DNA of 64,000 bases from Nitrosopumilus sp. (lineage in GTDB: Archaea; Thermoproteota; Nitrososphaeria; Nitrososphaerales; Nitrosopumilaceae), in assembly GCA_965214775.1 (NCBI GenBank), contig OZ243974.1, positions 832,001 to 896,000 of the forward strand, given 5' to 3'. The position numbers and the translations under genes are program-made. Shown piece after piece: positions 29,765-40,099 of this stretch (the first letter of the stretch is position 1; each line of letters opens with the position of its first letter). A model generated the notes under the pieces. The model made no database searches. It saw nothing but the letters and a program-made list of their open reading frames with translations, and was not told the DNA's origin.

Positions 29765-30217
29765 ATGGCAAAGGTATACGACGTACCGGCAGATGTGCTG
29801 ATTGGAAGACTCGCAGGGATTCTCAAAGATGAAGATATTCCTGCACCATCATGGATTCCGTTTGTAAAGACCGGCGCTCATGCTGACAAACCTCCCCAAG
29901 ACAGGGAATGGTGGCATACTAGATGTGCGTCATTGATGAGAAAAATTTACCTTCACGGGCCAATTGGAATTAATGGGTTAAGAAAAGAATATGGCGGCGG
30001 AAGACCGTCCGGATATGGCGCAGCCCATCACAGGGATGCAGGTGGTGCAATCATACGAAACGCCGTCCACGGCTTGGAAAGTCTTGGATACGTTGAAAAG
30101 GTTGAGAAAAAGGGAAGGGCGGTTTCAAAACAAGGAATGCAAAAACTAGACAAGCTGGCAACCGAGATTCTCAAAGAACTGGTTGTGGAAAATCCCCAGC
30201 TCAAGGTTTACAGATAG
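29765..30217 (+). CDS. rps19e: 30S ribosomal protein S19e
   Basis: VYDVP, FVKTG, RCASLMRKIY, YGG. Confidence 0.96.
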   Translation: MAKVYDVPADVLIGRLAGILKDEDIPAPSWIPFVKTGAHADKPPQDREWWHTRCASLMRKIYLHGPIGINGLRKEYGGGRPSGYGAAHHRDAGGAIIRNAVHGLESLGYVEKVEKKGRAVSKQGMQKLDKLATEILKELVVENPQLKVYR

Positions 30218-30224
30218 ATTCAAA

Positions 30225-30509
30225 ATGAGCTTTCCAGAATCTGACCAACCGCCTCACGGCAATGATCAGGAAAACGAGTTGGCAGCTCAAAAAGAGCGAA
30301 TTCTGAGGCAGATTCTCAGTTCGGAGGCAAGAATGCGTTTGAACAACATCAAAATGGTAAAGCCCGAACTGTCTGATTTGGTGGAACAATACCTGATTGG
30401 AATGGCAACTCAGGGAAAACTCCCAGGTCAGCTGTCCGATGAGCAGCTAAAACAGATTCTGTTGTCCATTCAGCAGCCAAAGCGAGATTTTAAGATAAAC
30501 CGGGTCTGA
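30225..30509 (+). CDS. PDCD5-like DNA-binding protein
   Basis: ILRQILSSEARMRLNNIKMVKPE; typical position after rps19e. Confidence 0.9.
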   Translation: MSFPESDQPPHGNDQENELAAQKERILRQILSSEARMRLNNIKMVKPELSDLVEQYLIGMATQGKLPGQLSDEQLKQILLSIQQPKRDFKINRV

Positions 30510-30642
30510 TGCATCCAAGCAAAACGTGAATCAGAGGGATCGTTTTTGCATCGTTACAGGAGGACATGTTCAAAGCACCGTGTTTCCCGCCGTCCCCATT
30601 TTTACCAGATTTTTCAGCATGTTTTGCCCAGCTGTGATGATT

Positions 30643-31940
30643 CAGTCTTCAGAACTAACTCAGGGAGGCACCGGTGGAGGGGTTGGGGCAGCATCCTATA
30701 GTCCGATATGCCGCGCTTGATCACGTCCTTAAGGCACTGCCGGGTGATCAGGGGATCCTCGGTGGTGATCCCCGTCATGATCCTCATCATCGCGTTTGCC
30801 ATGACCCGCGCGTTGAAGACCGCAGCCGAGTACACAAAGTACAGCATCCTTACGACCGGGCTCTTGCTGTGGGTCCTGACCCTTGCGTTCTCTATCATCC
30901 TGTATCCGGCCTCGATCCCCCACCTGCAGCTGTACTCGTCCGGATTTATTCCGGGAACGTTGGTTGCAAATCCGATGAGTCACTCGTGTGCCGGCAGCTT
31001 CTCCGCCCCGGTCCTGCCTGACCTCTTCTTCCTTCTCTTTGTGATGACCATCGTGTATTGTGCGGACAGGGCAGCTCCGGATATGACCGACCCGGCCTCC
31101 TTTCTTTTTCCCTTTCTTTCATCGTGCTCGCTGATGGTGGCAACGACTACATCCGTGTTCTTGCACGGTATGATACATCTGACACCGGCCGCATCCAGCT
31201 CGGAGATGGCTGCTGCCGAGAAGAACTCGCGGCCCGGCATAACGACTCCGAGATCGGCGCCTATGCGGCGTGCAGAATGGATGATCTTGCGCACGAAACC
31301 GGCCGTATCCTCAAGGGCCGGCATCTGCAGTACGCCCAGCACGAGGCGGCAGTGCTCCGCAATGTACTGTATGGTGATGTAACGCTCAAAGACATGCGTT
31401 CCGCCCTTCTTCCTGGAGCGGACAAGCTCCCCGCCGTACTTTTTGTCGTAGCGCGGTATCAGGTGCATGTCTATTGCCGCATCCAGCTTTTGGCCCCTTG
31501 TGATCATCCCAGTTTCCCTCAGCTGATCCAGCTGCCGGCCCACGGTTTCTGCAAGGCAGTCTTGGATCTGGCCGGGCTCGGATTTTATGGCGACGCTGCG
31601 GATCCACTCGTCGGTGGGACTGCGAAACAGTCCCGGGGCCGTCGGCACCTCGCGCGCGGACATCGTGCAGCCGGCCACCTGCCCGTTGGATACGGCCGCG
31701 CGCGTCAGGCACCCGGTAAAGTCGTCTGCAGTGTAGATGGAGTTGTGCTTGTCCGAGACCCTGATGCACGGGGCCATGCCGTCGCTGACGGTCTCCAGTA
31801 TATCTTGATATATGCGCGGGTTGTTAAGAGCATCACGTCTCAGTTGGTTCTTTTGGTAAGGCATGAGTGCCTTCTGGGACGCTCCTAATTGATCTGTTTC
31901 GGTCAAAATGTACCATTTTGGGTTGCTTCTGGGAAGACTG
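30643..31940 (-). mobile_element. ISH3-family element with broken transposase (30980-31906 plus 30614-30898 fragment)
   Basis: AIDMHLIPRYDK, GREFFS, GIE(A)GY/R(V)RT fragments; ends cagtcttc / gggaagactg. Confidence 0.8.
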
Positions 31941-31954
31941 TGGAGATCATCATC

Positions 31955-32098
31955 CTAGCGTACCCTCTCCTTGTTCCAGTAAGGTGAATTGCATTTCTTG
32001 TTGTTGCAGTTCTTTGGTGACTCGTTTCTGCTGTACCAGATGTAATGACATCTATTACATTCATGTCGCCAGTAATCACCATCTGCCTTCATGCTCAT
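31955..32098 (-). CDS. small Zn-ribbon protein (47 aa)
   Basis: ECNRCHYIWYSR...PKNCNNKKCNSPYWN. Confidence 0.7.
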   Translation of the reverse strand: MSMKADGDYWRHECNRCHYIWYSRNESPKNCNNKKCNSPYWNKERVR

Positions 32099-32344
32099 AC
32101 CAACCAATAATTCTGTGATTATATAATCATTTACTACATATAGGCAAAAAGTATAGTATATATGTAGGAAATGACTATATGATGATATGAATCAAGGGGA
32201 ATTGAGAGTGATGATGAAAAAACAAGGGCCGGTCGCTATACTATCGACTGACCGTTACGGAATGATGAGATATCAAGCCGTGACATCTGAGCCCTCATCT
32301 TCTGATTCTTATTACTCTATTTTAGTTTTTGAGGCGCGTCACGC

Positions 32345-33488
32345 ATGAATCAAAGAGAGTTGAGGCAAACAAATCGCAGAAAGGCCTGATCAGATTACAA
32401 GAATTGACGGTTTACATTATGCAGTAAAATCACAAAGCAGAGACAAACTACATGATGTCATTTCCACCGAGTCCTGCTGGAGCTGCTCCTGTGAGGATCA
32501 CCAGTTTAGAAGGGTATCCTGCAAGCACATCCATGCAGTCGAAATCTCACTGCACATCAGAGGCGAGGTGGAAAGAAAAACCATCATCAATGAAGTCAGT
32601 ACAAATCACTGCCGCTCTTGTGATTCGGAGAATATCGTAAAGTGTGGCATAAGACACAACAAAAACCACGACATCCAGACGTACAAGTGTAATGACTGCA
32701 AGAAGAGGTTCTCCGTCAACCTGGGCTTTGAGAGGATGCACGCATCGCCGCAGGTCATAACATCTGCCATGCAGCTGTACTTTACCGGAGAATTGCTCAG
32801 AGACGTGAAAAAGTTCCTGAAACTTCAAGGCATCAACATGAGCCATGTATCAGTATACAACTGGATCAAGAAATACACGAAACTCATGGATGACTATCTG
32901 ACTATGATAACCCCGCAGGTCGGTGAGAAATGGCACGCCGATGAAGTCTGGCTGAAGGTGAGCGGCGACAGAAAGTATCTCTTTGCCATGATGGACAGTG
33001 AAACGCGGTTCTGGATTGCCCAGGAGGTGGCCGATTCCAAGTTCAAGCACGATGCCCGGAGCCTGCTGAAAATTGGAAAGGATGTGGCCAAAAAGACACC
33101 GGCCGTATTTGTCACAGACGGTCTGCCCTCGTATCATGATGCCTTCAAGAAGGAGTTCTGGACACAAAAGAAGCCGAGAACCAGGCACGTCAAGGAGGTT
33201 CACATCAGGAACCAGGTTGCCAACAACAACATCCAGGAGAGATTGAACGGGGAGTTCAGGGACAGGGAGAAGGTATTCAGGGGCCTGAAAAAGCCCGACT
33301 CTCCTGCCATTGCAGGAATCAAGCTGTACCACAACTACGTAAGACCCCACATGGGACTGGACGGGGACACTCCTGCCTCAAGGGCCGGGATTGAGATTCA
33401 AGGGGACAACAAATGGAAGACAATCATCCAGAACGCATCACTCGACGGTTAACACGGGGAATTATCACGCTATAAGTTAACAGAACCG
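32345..33488 (+). mobile_element. IS6-like (DDE_Tnp_IS240) transposase with N-terminal SWIM finger, frameshifted near 32365
   Basis: CSCEDH...CKHIHAV, WHADE, TDGL, NNNIQERLNG; right end ...taacagaacc. Confidence 0.82.
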
Positions 33489-33530
33489 ATTCCAACAAAA
33501 TATAATTATGGGTAAGGCTTCGGTTTAGTC

Positions 33531-34607
33531 ATGAAGGCAGTAGTATATAACGAATATGCACCAGATGATGATTATGCCAAGATTCTCAAAGTCCAGGATA
33601 TAGATGAGCCAAAACCAAAGGCAGACGAGGTAATTTTTACCAACAAGGCATCTGCCCTAAATTATAATGACATTTGGGGAATGAGAGGGGTTCCCGTAGC
33701 AGTCCCCCTTCCACATGTCTCTGGTTCTGACGTGGCCGGGGATGTCATTGCCGTTGGCGAGGAGGTTAAAAATTTCAAGGTGGGTGACCGGGTTGTCTCC
33801 CACTCTAATCTGGCATGCAGAGTTTGCAAAGCATGCACGGACGGAAGAGAATTCGACTGTACCAGAAGACAGGTTTGGGGCTTCCAAACAGGACCGCTCT
33901 GGGGGGCATACTCTGAACAGATTCACTTGCCCGAAGTCAACGTTTCAAAAATTCCCGACAGTGTTTCATATCAGGATGCGGCGGCAGCCTCAATGACCCT
34001 TCTTACATCCTGGCACATGCTTGTTGGCAGGGCAAACATCACCCCGGGCCAGACAGTACTGGTCATGGGCGGCGGTTCTGGTGTCGGAAGTTTTGCAATT
34101 CAGATTGCCAAGCTTTATAGCTGCGACGTGATTGCAACTGCAAGTCCAGACAAATTAGAAAAGTGCCTGGAACTTGGTGCAGATCATGCAGTAGATCACA
34201 GAAAAGACGACTGGAGCAAGGAAGTATTTAAGATATCAAAAGAGATTGCAAAGACAAAAGGCGAGGCGCCTGGAATTGATATCGCATTTGATCACATTGG
34301 TCAAACCCACTTCAACAAGCAGCTTACATTGCTCAAATATGGCGCATCCCTGGTTTCATGTGGGGCAACAACGGGATATGACGCACAGATTGATCTCAGG
34401 CACATATTCTTCAAAGGAATCAACGTCCTAGGCTCAACACAGGGAACCAAGGCCGAATTGGATCAGGGCCTGTATTGGATGGGCCAAGGAAAGCTAAAAT
34501 CAATCGTCGACTCTGTTTATACGTTTGAGCAGGCAGCCGAGGCCCATACAAAAATGCTAAAGGGAAGCTTTTTTGGCAAAATCTTAATGAAGCCTGAAGG
34601 CGCCTAG
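33531..34607 (+). CDS. zinc-binding medium-chain dehydrogenase/reductase
   Basis: GSDVAG, CRVCKAC...C, GGGSGVG, GKIL. Confidence 0.92.
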   Translation: MKAVVYNEYAPDDDYAKILKVQDIDEPKPKADEVIFTNKASALNYNDIWGMRGVPVAVPLPHVSGSDVAGDVIAVGEEVKNFKVGDRVVSHSNLACRVCKACTDGREFDCTRRQVWGFQTGPLWGAYSEQIHLPEVNVSKIPDSVSYQDAAAASMTLLTSWHMLVGRANITPGQTVLVMGGGSGVGSFAIQIAKLYSCDVIATASPDKLEKCLELGADHAVDHRKDDWSKEVFKISKEIAKTKGEAPGIDIAFDHIGQTHFNKQLTLLKYGASLVSCGATTGYDAQIDLRHIFFKGINVLGSTQGTKAELDQGLYWMGQGKLKSIVDSVYTFEQAAEAHTKMLKGSFFGKILMKPEGA

Positions 34608-34614
34608 TCGTTTA

Positions 34615-35481
34615 ATGGCCCAGCAGCTCTTCAGAAGCCTCATTTTCGTTCCCGGAAACAACCCAAGATTTCTTGAAAAGGCAAAGAGTCTCCAGGCAGA
34701 TATAGTATGCCTTGATTTGGAGGACTCTGTTCCAGACAATGAAAAAGCTGCTGCCAGAAGGCTGATCAGAGACGCACTAAAGGAAAGGGGATCGTTTGAG
34801 TCCTCAATATTTGTGAGAACAAACTCCCCGCTTTCGGGAAAAATTCCATCCGATTTGAAGGAGATTGTCCAGAAAGGAATTGACGGGATTGTAATTCCAA
34901 AGGTGAACGGCACAAACGAACTCGAAGAAATTGAAAAGATACTATCGCCTCTCGAAAAATCCAGAAAAATAAAACCGATTCAACTCATTCCCTCAATCGA
35001 ATCGGCCAAGGGAGTGGTCAACACATACAGCATTGCATCACACAGCAGACGGGTAAGCGCCGTGGTCTTTGGAGTGTTTGATCTCTTAAATGATATCGGT
35101 GTTGAGTACACCAAGAATTCCGAGGGAGAGAAACATTCCCGTTCAAAGATTCCGGTTGATGCTCGTGCTGCCGGAGTTGTAGCCATTGATGCGATATGGC
35201 AGGATCTTAAAGATACAAAGGGGTTTGAAAGAGATTGCAGGTTAGGAAAAAGTCTGGGATATGGCGGAAAAAGCATTATTCATCCAGACCAAATTCCCAT
35301 TGCACACAAGCTGTTCCATCCAAGTAAAAGTCAGATTTCTTGGGCCCAAAAGGTTTGCACAGAGTATGAAAAATCAGCCAAAAAAGGCAGGGGGGCTACA
35401 ACCGTTCACGGAAAGATGGTTGACGAGGTACACTACAAACAGGCCAAGGCACTCTTGAAATCAACTGGCCAACAAGGTTGA
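34615..35481 (+). CDS. CitE/HpcH-family CoA-ester lyase
   Basis: RSLIFVPG, DLEDSV, IPKV, IES, GKSIIHP. Confidence 0.9.
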   Translation: MAQQLFRSLIFVPGNNPRFLEKAKSLQADIVCLDLEDSVPDNEKAAARRLIRDALKERGSFESSIFVRTNSPLSGKIPSDLKEIVQKGIDGIVIPKVNGTNELEEIEKILSPLEKSRKIKPIQLIPSIESAKGVVNTYSIASHSRRVSAVVFGVFDLLNDIGVEYTKNSEGEKHSRSKIPVDARAAGVVAIDAIWQDLKDTKGFERDCRLGKSLGYGGKSIIHPDQIPIAHKLFHPSKSQISWAQKVCTEYEKSAKKGRGATTVHGKMVDEVHYKQAKALLKSTGQQG

Positions 35482-35561
35482 TTCAGCAAGACACTTTACG
35501 TCAGGGCAGAGTGCGCGTTCTTATCTTGGAATCAACTGGCCAACAAGGTTGATTCAGCAAG
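35454..35561. CRISPR. orphan repeat-spacer-repeat unit (37-bp palindromic repeat, 34-bp spacer); CRISPR nature uncertain
   Basis: cttg(a/g)aatcaactggccaacaaggttgattcagcaag at 35454 and 35525; no cas genes in window. Confidence 0.4.
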
Positions 35562-35672
35562 AGCGCTCATCGTATGGCTGCCCTAGAGTTTTGAATGAGG
35601 CTTTAAGGAGTCCTCACAATATGCCATCATTTTTCCGTATTTCAGAACGTGCCAAAGCCTGAAATATTCTAG

Positions 35673-36392
35673 ATGGCAATAATGATCATGGTAAATCTTC
35701 TGGATCCGGCCAACGTCATTACCAGGATGTTTAATGCGGGAAAATATCAGGACATGTATGAATATTGCAAGGGACTGCTTGAAAAGATTCCCAATGACAT
35801 GGTGGCCCTGCAAAACATCTCGCTGTCATTGATATATCTGAAAAGGTATGAGGAGGCAGTAAAGTATTGCGACAGGGTCTTGGAAATCAAAAACGCCGAC
35901 ACGTATGCCCTCAAAAACAAGATCTACGCACTGGAGAATCTAAAAAAATATGGCGACGTCATCGAACTGTGTCAGGAAATTCTTTTGACAGACTCCAGGG
36001 ATGTTTGGGCACTAAACAGCATGGGTCTGTCACTAAACGAGCTGGATCGGCACTCCGAGGCAATTGACTTTTACGAAAAATCACTAGGAATCAAGCCTGA
36101 TGATCCTACTGCACTGATGAACAAGGCCATTTCTTTGACCCATCTTAAAAAATTTGAGCAGGCCATCGAATATTATGACAAAACCCAGGCAGCTGATTCA
36201 ACAATAAAGGAGGCTGCCGTTGCAAAATCAAGACTGTTTGAAAAGTTGGGCATGGAAGACGAGGCGTTTCTTGCAGCCCAGGGAGTGCTGAATAAAAACA
36301 TGCAAAAAATCAAGGACGATGCAAAAGAAAACAAATGCTCGGTTTTCCACCAGTTTTGTGATGATGAATTTGCACAATATGATTCTAAATAA
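35673..36392 (+). CDS. tetratricopeptide repeat protein (start may be 35688)
   Basis: Repeated AL..K...L..L..YEEA..YYD units. Confidence 0.88.
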   Translation: MAIMIMVNLLDPANVITRMFNAGKYQDMYEYCKGLLEKIPNDMVALQNISLSLIYLKRYEEAVKYCDRVLEIKNADTYALKNKIYALENLKKYGDVIELCQEILLTDSRDVWALNSMGLSLNELDRHSEAIDFYEKSLGIKPDDPTALMNKAISLTHLKKFEQAIEYYDKTQAADSTIKEAAVAKSRLFEKLGMEDEAFLAAQGVLNKNMQKIKDDAKENKCSVFHQFCDDEFAQYDSK

Positions 36393-36421
36393 TTTTATAC
36401 GAGATTGCAATGAATTCTCCA

Positions 36422-37012
36422 ATGTTTACTGGAATTGTCCAGGGCATCGGGAAAATAGAAAAAGTCTCTGAAAAGACCGGCAGCCGTAGTGCGATTCAAA
36501 TGACAGTCAATCTTGGCAGGAACTCCAAGGGACTGAAGGCCGGCCAGAGTGTTGCATTAAACGGAGTGTGTCTTACTGCAACAAAACTATCAGGATCCAG
36601 CTGTGTTTTTGAAATGATTGAGGAAACCGCAAAAAAAACCGATTTGGGGAACCTCAGGGCAGGAGGCACGGTAAACATTGAAAGAAGCCTAAAGGCCGGC
36701 GACAGGCTGGAAGGCCATTTTGTTTTGGGTCACGTGGACGGAGTAGGCACAATCAAAAGAATCCTCAAAAAACCCAGAGAGGTCCGGGTTTGGTTTGAAG
36801 TTCCCAAAAATTTGTCAAAATACATAGTCAAGAAAGGCTCAATTGCCGTAGATGGAATCAGTCTGACTGTAGTCGATCTCAAAAAAACGCTTGTCTCCGT
36901 GTCATTAATCCCGCACACAGTCAAAGTGACAAATTTTCACACAAAAAAGGCAGGCGACAAGGTTAATATTGAAACTGACATTCTTGGAAAATACATTTTA
37001 AAACGGGATTGA
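36422..37012 (+). CDS. ribE: riboflavin synthase (bacterial alpha-type)
   Basis: MFTGIV, GVCLT, GHFVLGHVDG, VNIETD. Confidence 0.95.
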   Translation: MFTGIVQGIGKIEKVSEKTGSRSAIQMTVNLGRNSKGLKAGQSVALNGVCLTATKLSGSSCVFEMIEETAKKTDLGNLRAGGTVNIERSLKAGDRLEGHFVLGHVDGVGTIKRILKKPREVRVWFEVPKNLSKYIVKKGSIAVDGISLTVVDLKKTLVSVSLIPHTVKVTNFHTKKAGDKVNIETDILGKYILKRD

Positions 37013-37084
37013 TTTTTTACCACTTTATTGGTAATTACCACTTTTTGAGTAAGCTTTATAATTAGAAGTTGTAGCCTTTTCTTT

Positions 37085-37750
37085 GTGTCTCTCGAGTCTG
37101 CTTTAGAATCCCTCAGGCGCGGCGAATTTGTGTTGCTGTTTGATTCTGCAGGACGTGAAAACGAGGTTGACATGGCAGTTGCAGCAGAATTTGTCACTCC
37201 TGAGCACGTTGCTAGAATGAGGCGGCATGCCGGCGGACTGCTTTGTATGGCAATAGATCATAACCTTGCTTCTTCCCTAGAGCTGAAATACATGCACGAG
37301 ATTTTGTCCGAGTCATCAATCTCAAACAAGGAGATGATTGCGGGTTTGGCCCCATATGGGGATCATCCGACATTTTCCTTATCCATAAATCATTATCAGA
37401 CGTATACTGGCATTACAGACAGGGACAGGGCCCTTACAATAAAGGAAATGGCAAACATCTACAGTCTTGAAACCAGGCAAAAGAAATTTGCCTCATCCTT
37501 TAAAACCCCAGGCCACGTACCGCTGTTAATCGCCTCAAAAGGATTGCTGGCTGCACGCCAAGGACATACAGAAATGTCTGTCTATCTTGCCCAGATTGCA
37601 GGACTGACTCCCATTACTGCAATATGTGAAATGATGGATGCAGAGACATATGCTGCATTGTCAGTCGACAAGGCACAAAAGTATGCAAAGGAAAACGGCA
37701 TTCCGTTAATTGACGGAAAAGAACTCTTGGAATACGCCAGGGTGCACTAG
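37085..37750 (+). CDS. ribB: 3,4-dihydroxy-2-butanone-4-phosphate synthase
   Basis: RENEVD, TGITDRDR, PGHV, RQGHTE, CEMM. Confidence 0.95.
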   Translation: MSLESALESLRRGEFVLLFDSAGRENEVDMAVAAEFVTPEHVARMRRHAGGLLCMAIDHNLASSLELKYMHEILSESSISNKEMIAGLAPYGDHPTFSLSINHYQTYTGITDRDRALTIKEMANIYSLETRQKKFASSFKTPGHVPLLIASKGLLAARQGHTEMSVYLAQIAGLTPITAICEMMDAETYAALSVDKAQKYAKENGIPLIDGKELLEYARVH

Positions 37751-37752
37751 TC

Positions 37753-38169
37753 TTGAATATAGCTGTAGTGGTTTCGGAATTCAATGAAGAAGTGACGTCC
37801 AGGATGCTGTCCGTAGCTAGGGAAAAAGCCGAAGAGCTGAAACTCAAAATCACACATGTCTCCCATGTGCCTGGCGCCTATGACATGCCTATAATTGTGG
37901 ACTCTTTGCTGCAAAAAGAGTCCGTGCACGGCGTAGTTACGCTAGGTGCCATAATCAAAGGCCAGACAAAGCATGACGAAGTGATTTCCCACGCAGCTGC
38001 AAGATCGCTGACTGATTTGTCACTAAAGTACCAAAAGCCCGTCTCCCTGGGCATCTCAGGGCCCGGAATGCAAGAAAGGCATGCCTTTGCAAGAATCAGG
38101 CCCGTTGCAGAAAGAGCCGTTGAAGCAGTCCTAAAAATCTCCGACGAACTAAAGAGGATTGACAAATGA
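37753..38169 (+). CDS. ribH: 6,7-dimethyl-8-ribityllumazine synthase
   Basis: VVSEFN, VPGAYD, GAIIKGQTKHD. Confidence 0.95.
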   Translation: MNIAVVVSEFNEEVTSRMLSVAREKAEELKLKITHVSHVPGAYDMPIIVDSLLQKESVHGVVTLGAIIKGQTKHDEVISHAAARSLTDLSLKYQKPVSLGISGPGMQERHAFARIRPVAERAVEAVLKISDELKRIDK

Positions 38170-38915
38170 TTCAGCTAAGCATTCTCAAGATTGCCGGATA
38201 CGGTCCTTGGACGCTCACTCTTGGCAGCAACAGGGAGCACGAATTACAGATGCTTCAGGCATCCTTGTACAAGGAACTTCAAAGGCTGTTTTCTGAAAAA
38301 AACTGCCTCGTATTTCCCAACAGGGCAGACGAATTTTTTGTGGTGTCAAACGGTCTCTCTTTGGATGATCATATCAACGTTCAAAAAACTCTTGAAAGCT
38401 TGTTTGATGTGGGCCTGACCATTTCAATCGGATACGGAGAATCCCCCTTTGAGGCCAACCTAAAAGCGCATGATGGAAAAAAGAACAATGTCATTCTGAA
38501 TCAGGAACACAATATTTTCGGGTTCATGCCAGACGAAACCTCGTTTGACGTGTCAATAATGCATTTGGACGTTGATGATCTTGCATCGCAGCGAGACACC
38601 AGTTCGCCTTATGAGATATCATCGCTGATCTTTGAACTGTACTCTAAAATGTCAAAATATTTTCTTCAAAAAGATTCCCTGACGTTCTTTATGGGAGGAG
38701 ACAACTTTATGGTCGTTGCCAGCAAGGAAGCCAAAAAGTCTGTCCGGCAGTTCATTGATCAGACCAGGGAGGACAGAATTTCCCTTAACTGCGGAATAGG
38801 AAACGCCCCAAATGCACGCCAGGCGGCAAGCTTGGCCACAAAATCCCTGGACACAATCAGGCAAATCAGGGACTCGGGGAAAAAAAAGCCCGAGGTGTAT
38901 GAATTGTCATGCTAA
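38166..38915 (+). CDS. gch3: GTP cyclohydrolase III (IIa)
   Basis: GYGPWTLTLG..RE..LQ.LQ, FMGGDNF. Confidence 0.9.
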   Translation: MIQLSILKIAGYGPWTLTLGSNREHELQMLQASLYKELQRLFSEKNCLVFPNRADEFFVVSNGLSLDDHINVQKTLESLFDVGLTISIGYGESPFEANLKAHDGKKNNVILNQEHNIFGFMPDETSFDVSIMHLDVDDLASQRDTSSPYEISSLIFELYSKMSKYFLQKDSLTFFMGGDNFMVVASKEAKKSVRQFIDQTREDRISLNCGIGNAPNARQAASLATKSLDTIRQIRDSGKKKPEVYELSC

Positions 38916-40099
38916 TCAAAAATGTCAGTGCACTGCTAGGCCAGGAACTGGATTTTACTCAAAAAACCAGTCTGCAAATTCAAAACGGCTCTTTCAAAAG
39001 AATTCAGGCCGACATTGATCCCGATTCAAAGGAAGACGTTGTTGACGGTCAGGGCTTGCTGGCCATTCCGGGATTCATCAATGCCCACACGCATATCGGA
39101 GATTCCATTGGAAAGGATGTCACGCTGGATTCATCAGCAGATAAAAAAATTCATCCGGTTTTTGGGGCAAAATCAAAAATTCTCAAACATACCAGCGATG
39201 AAACCCTGGAAAATTTCATGAAAAACTCCTGCCATTCGATGATTCGGAAAGGAATTACCACGTTTGTTGATTTCAGAGAGGGCGGGCTGAACGGAGTCAT
39301 GATGTTAAAAAATGCGTTAAAAGACGTGCCAATCCGCTTTGTGATTCTGGGAAGGGTGGAAAATTACAGCTCGGTTTCAGAAATCAAGGGCAATGTCCCC
39401 TTTCCAGAAGAAAAAAATGGCGAGCTGCTTTCCATAATTGAGGGATGTGACGGGCTTGGGATTAGCGGGGCCAATGAGAATAGCGATTCGGTTCTAGGCC
39501 GCTATTCAGGAACTGCCAAAATCAGAGCGATTCATTGTGCAGAGACAGAGCAAAGCACCGCCAAATCCGAAGAAATTACAGGAAGGTCAGAGACTGCCAG
39601 AGCCCTGTCGATGAGGCCCCACTTTTTGGTCCATATGACACATGCCTCAAAAAGCGATCTGCGCCAGGCCGCCCAGGAAACCCGAGGAATTGTTGTCTGC
39701 CCCAGGGCCAACTCCTCACTGGCCGAGGGCATTCCGGATGTCGAGTTGATGAAAAAGGCGGGCTGTACCCTGGGATTGGGAACAGATAACGTGATGGTAA
39801 ATTCCCCTGACATGTTCAGGGAGATGGATTTTCTTTGGAAGGTGACGATGGGAATTCACAGGAAAAGGATCAGTCCAAAAGAAATTCTAAAGATGGCAAC
39901 GGCCAATGGCGGAAGGATTTTGGAAAAGAACATCGGCGTTATCGGTGCACGAAGACTTGCCGATTGCGTCTTTATCGACAAGCACTCGCTGGACTTGGAA
40001 CCGATGCACAATCCACACGCATCCATCGTTCACCGTGCATCCGAATCTGCAATCAAGGCCGTAATGATCGGAGGAAGGTTCGTACATGGCAGCATCTAA
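38909..40099 (+). CDS. metal-dependent amidohydrolase
   Basis: PGFINAHTHIGD, IHCAE, VHMTH, CPRAN, GTDN. Confidence 0.9.
   Translation: MLIKNVSALLGQELDFTQKTSLQIQNGSFKRIQADIDPDSKEDVVDGQGLLAIPGFINAHTHIGDSIGKDVTLDSSADKKIHPVFGAKSKILKHTSDETLENFMKNSCHSMIRKGITTFVDFREGGLNGVMMLKNALKDVPIRFVILGRVENYSSVSEIKGNVPFPEEKNGELLSIIEGCDGLGISGANENSDSVLGRYSGTAKIRAIHCAETEQSTAKSEEITGRSETARALSMRPHFLVHMTHASKSDLRQAAQETRGIVVCPRANSSLAEGIPDVELMKKAGCTLGLGTDNVMVNSPDMFREMDFLWKVTMGIHRKRISPKEILKMATANGGRILEKNIGVIGARRLADCVFIDKHSLDLEPMHNPHASIVHRASESAIKAVMIGGRFVHGSI

Noticed and set aside
35583-35672. Possible MITE (ctaga...tctag) after the 37-bp repeat pair
   Set aside because: The inverted ends are weak and no second copy was seen in the window.
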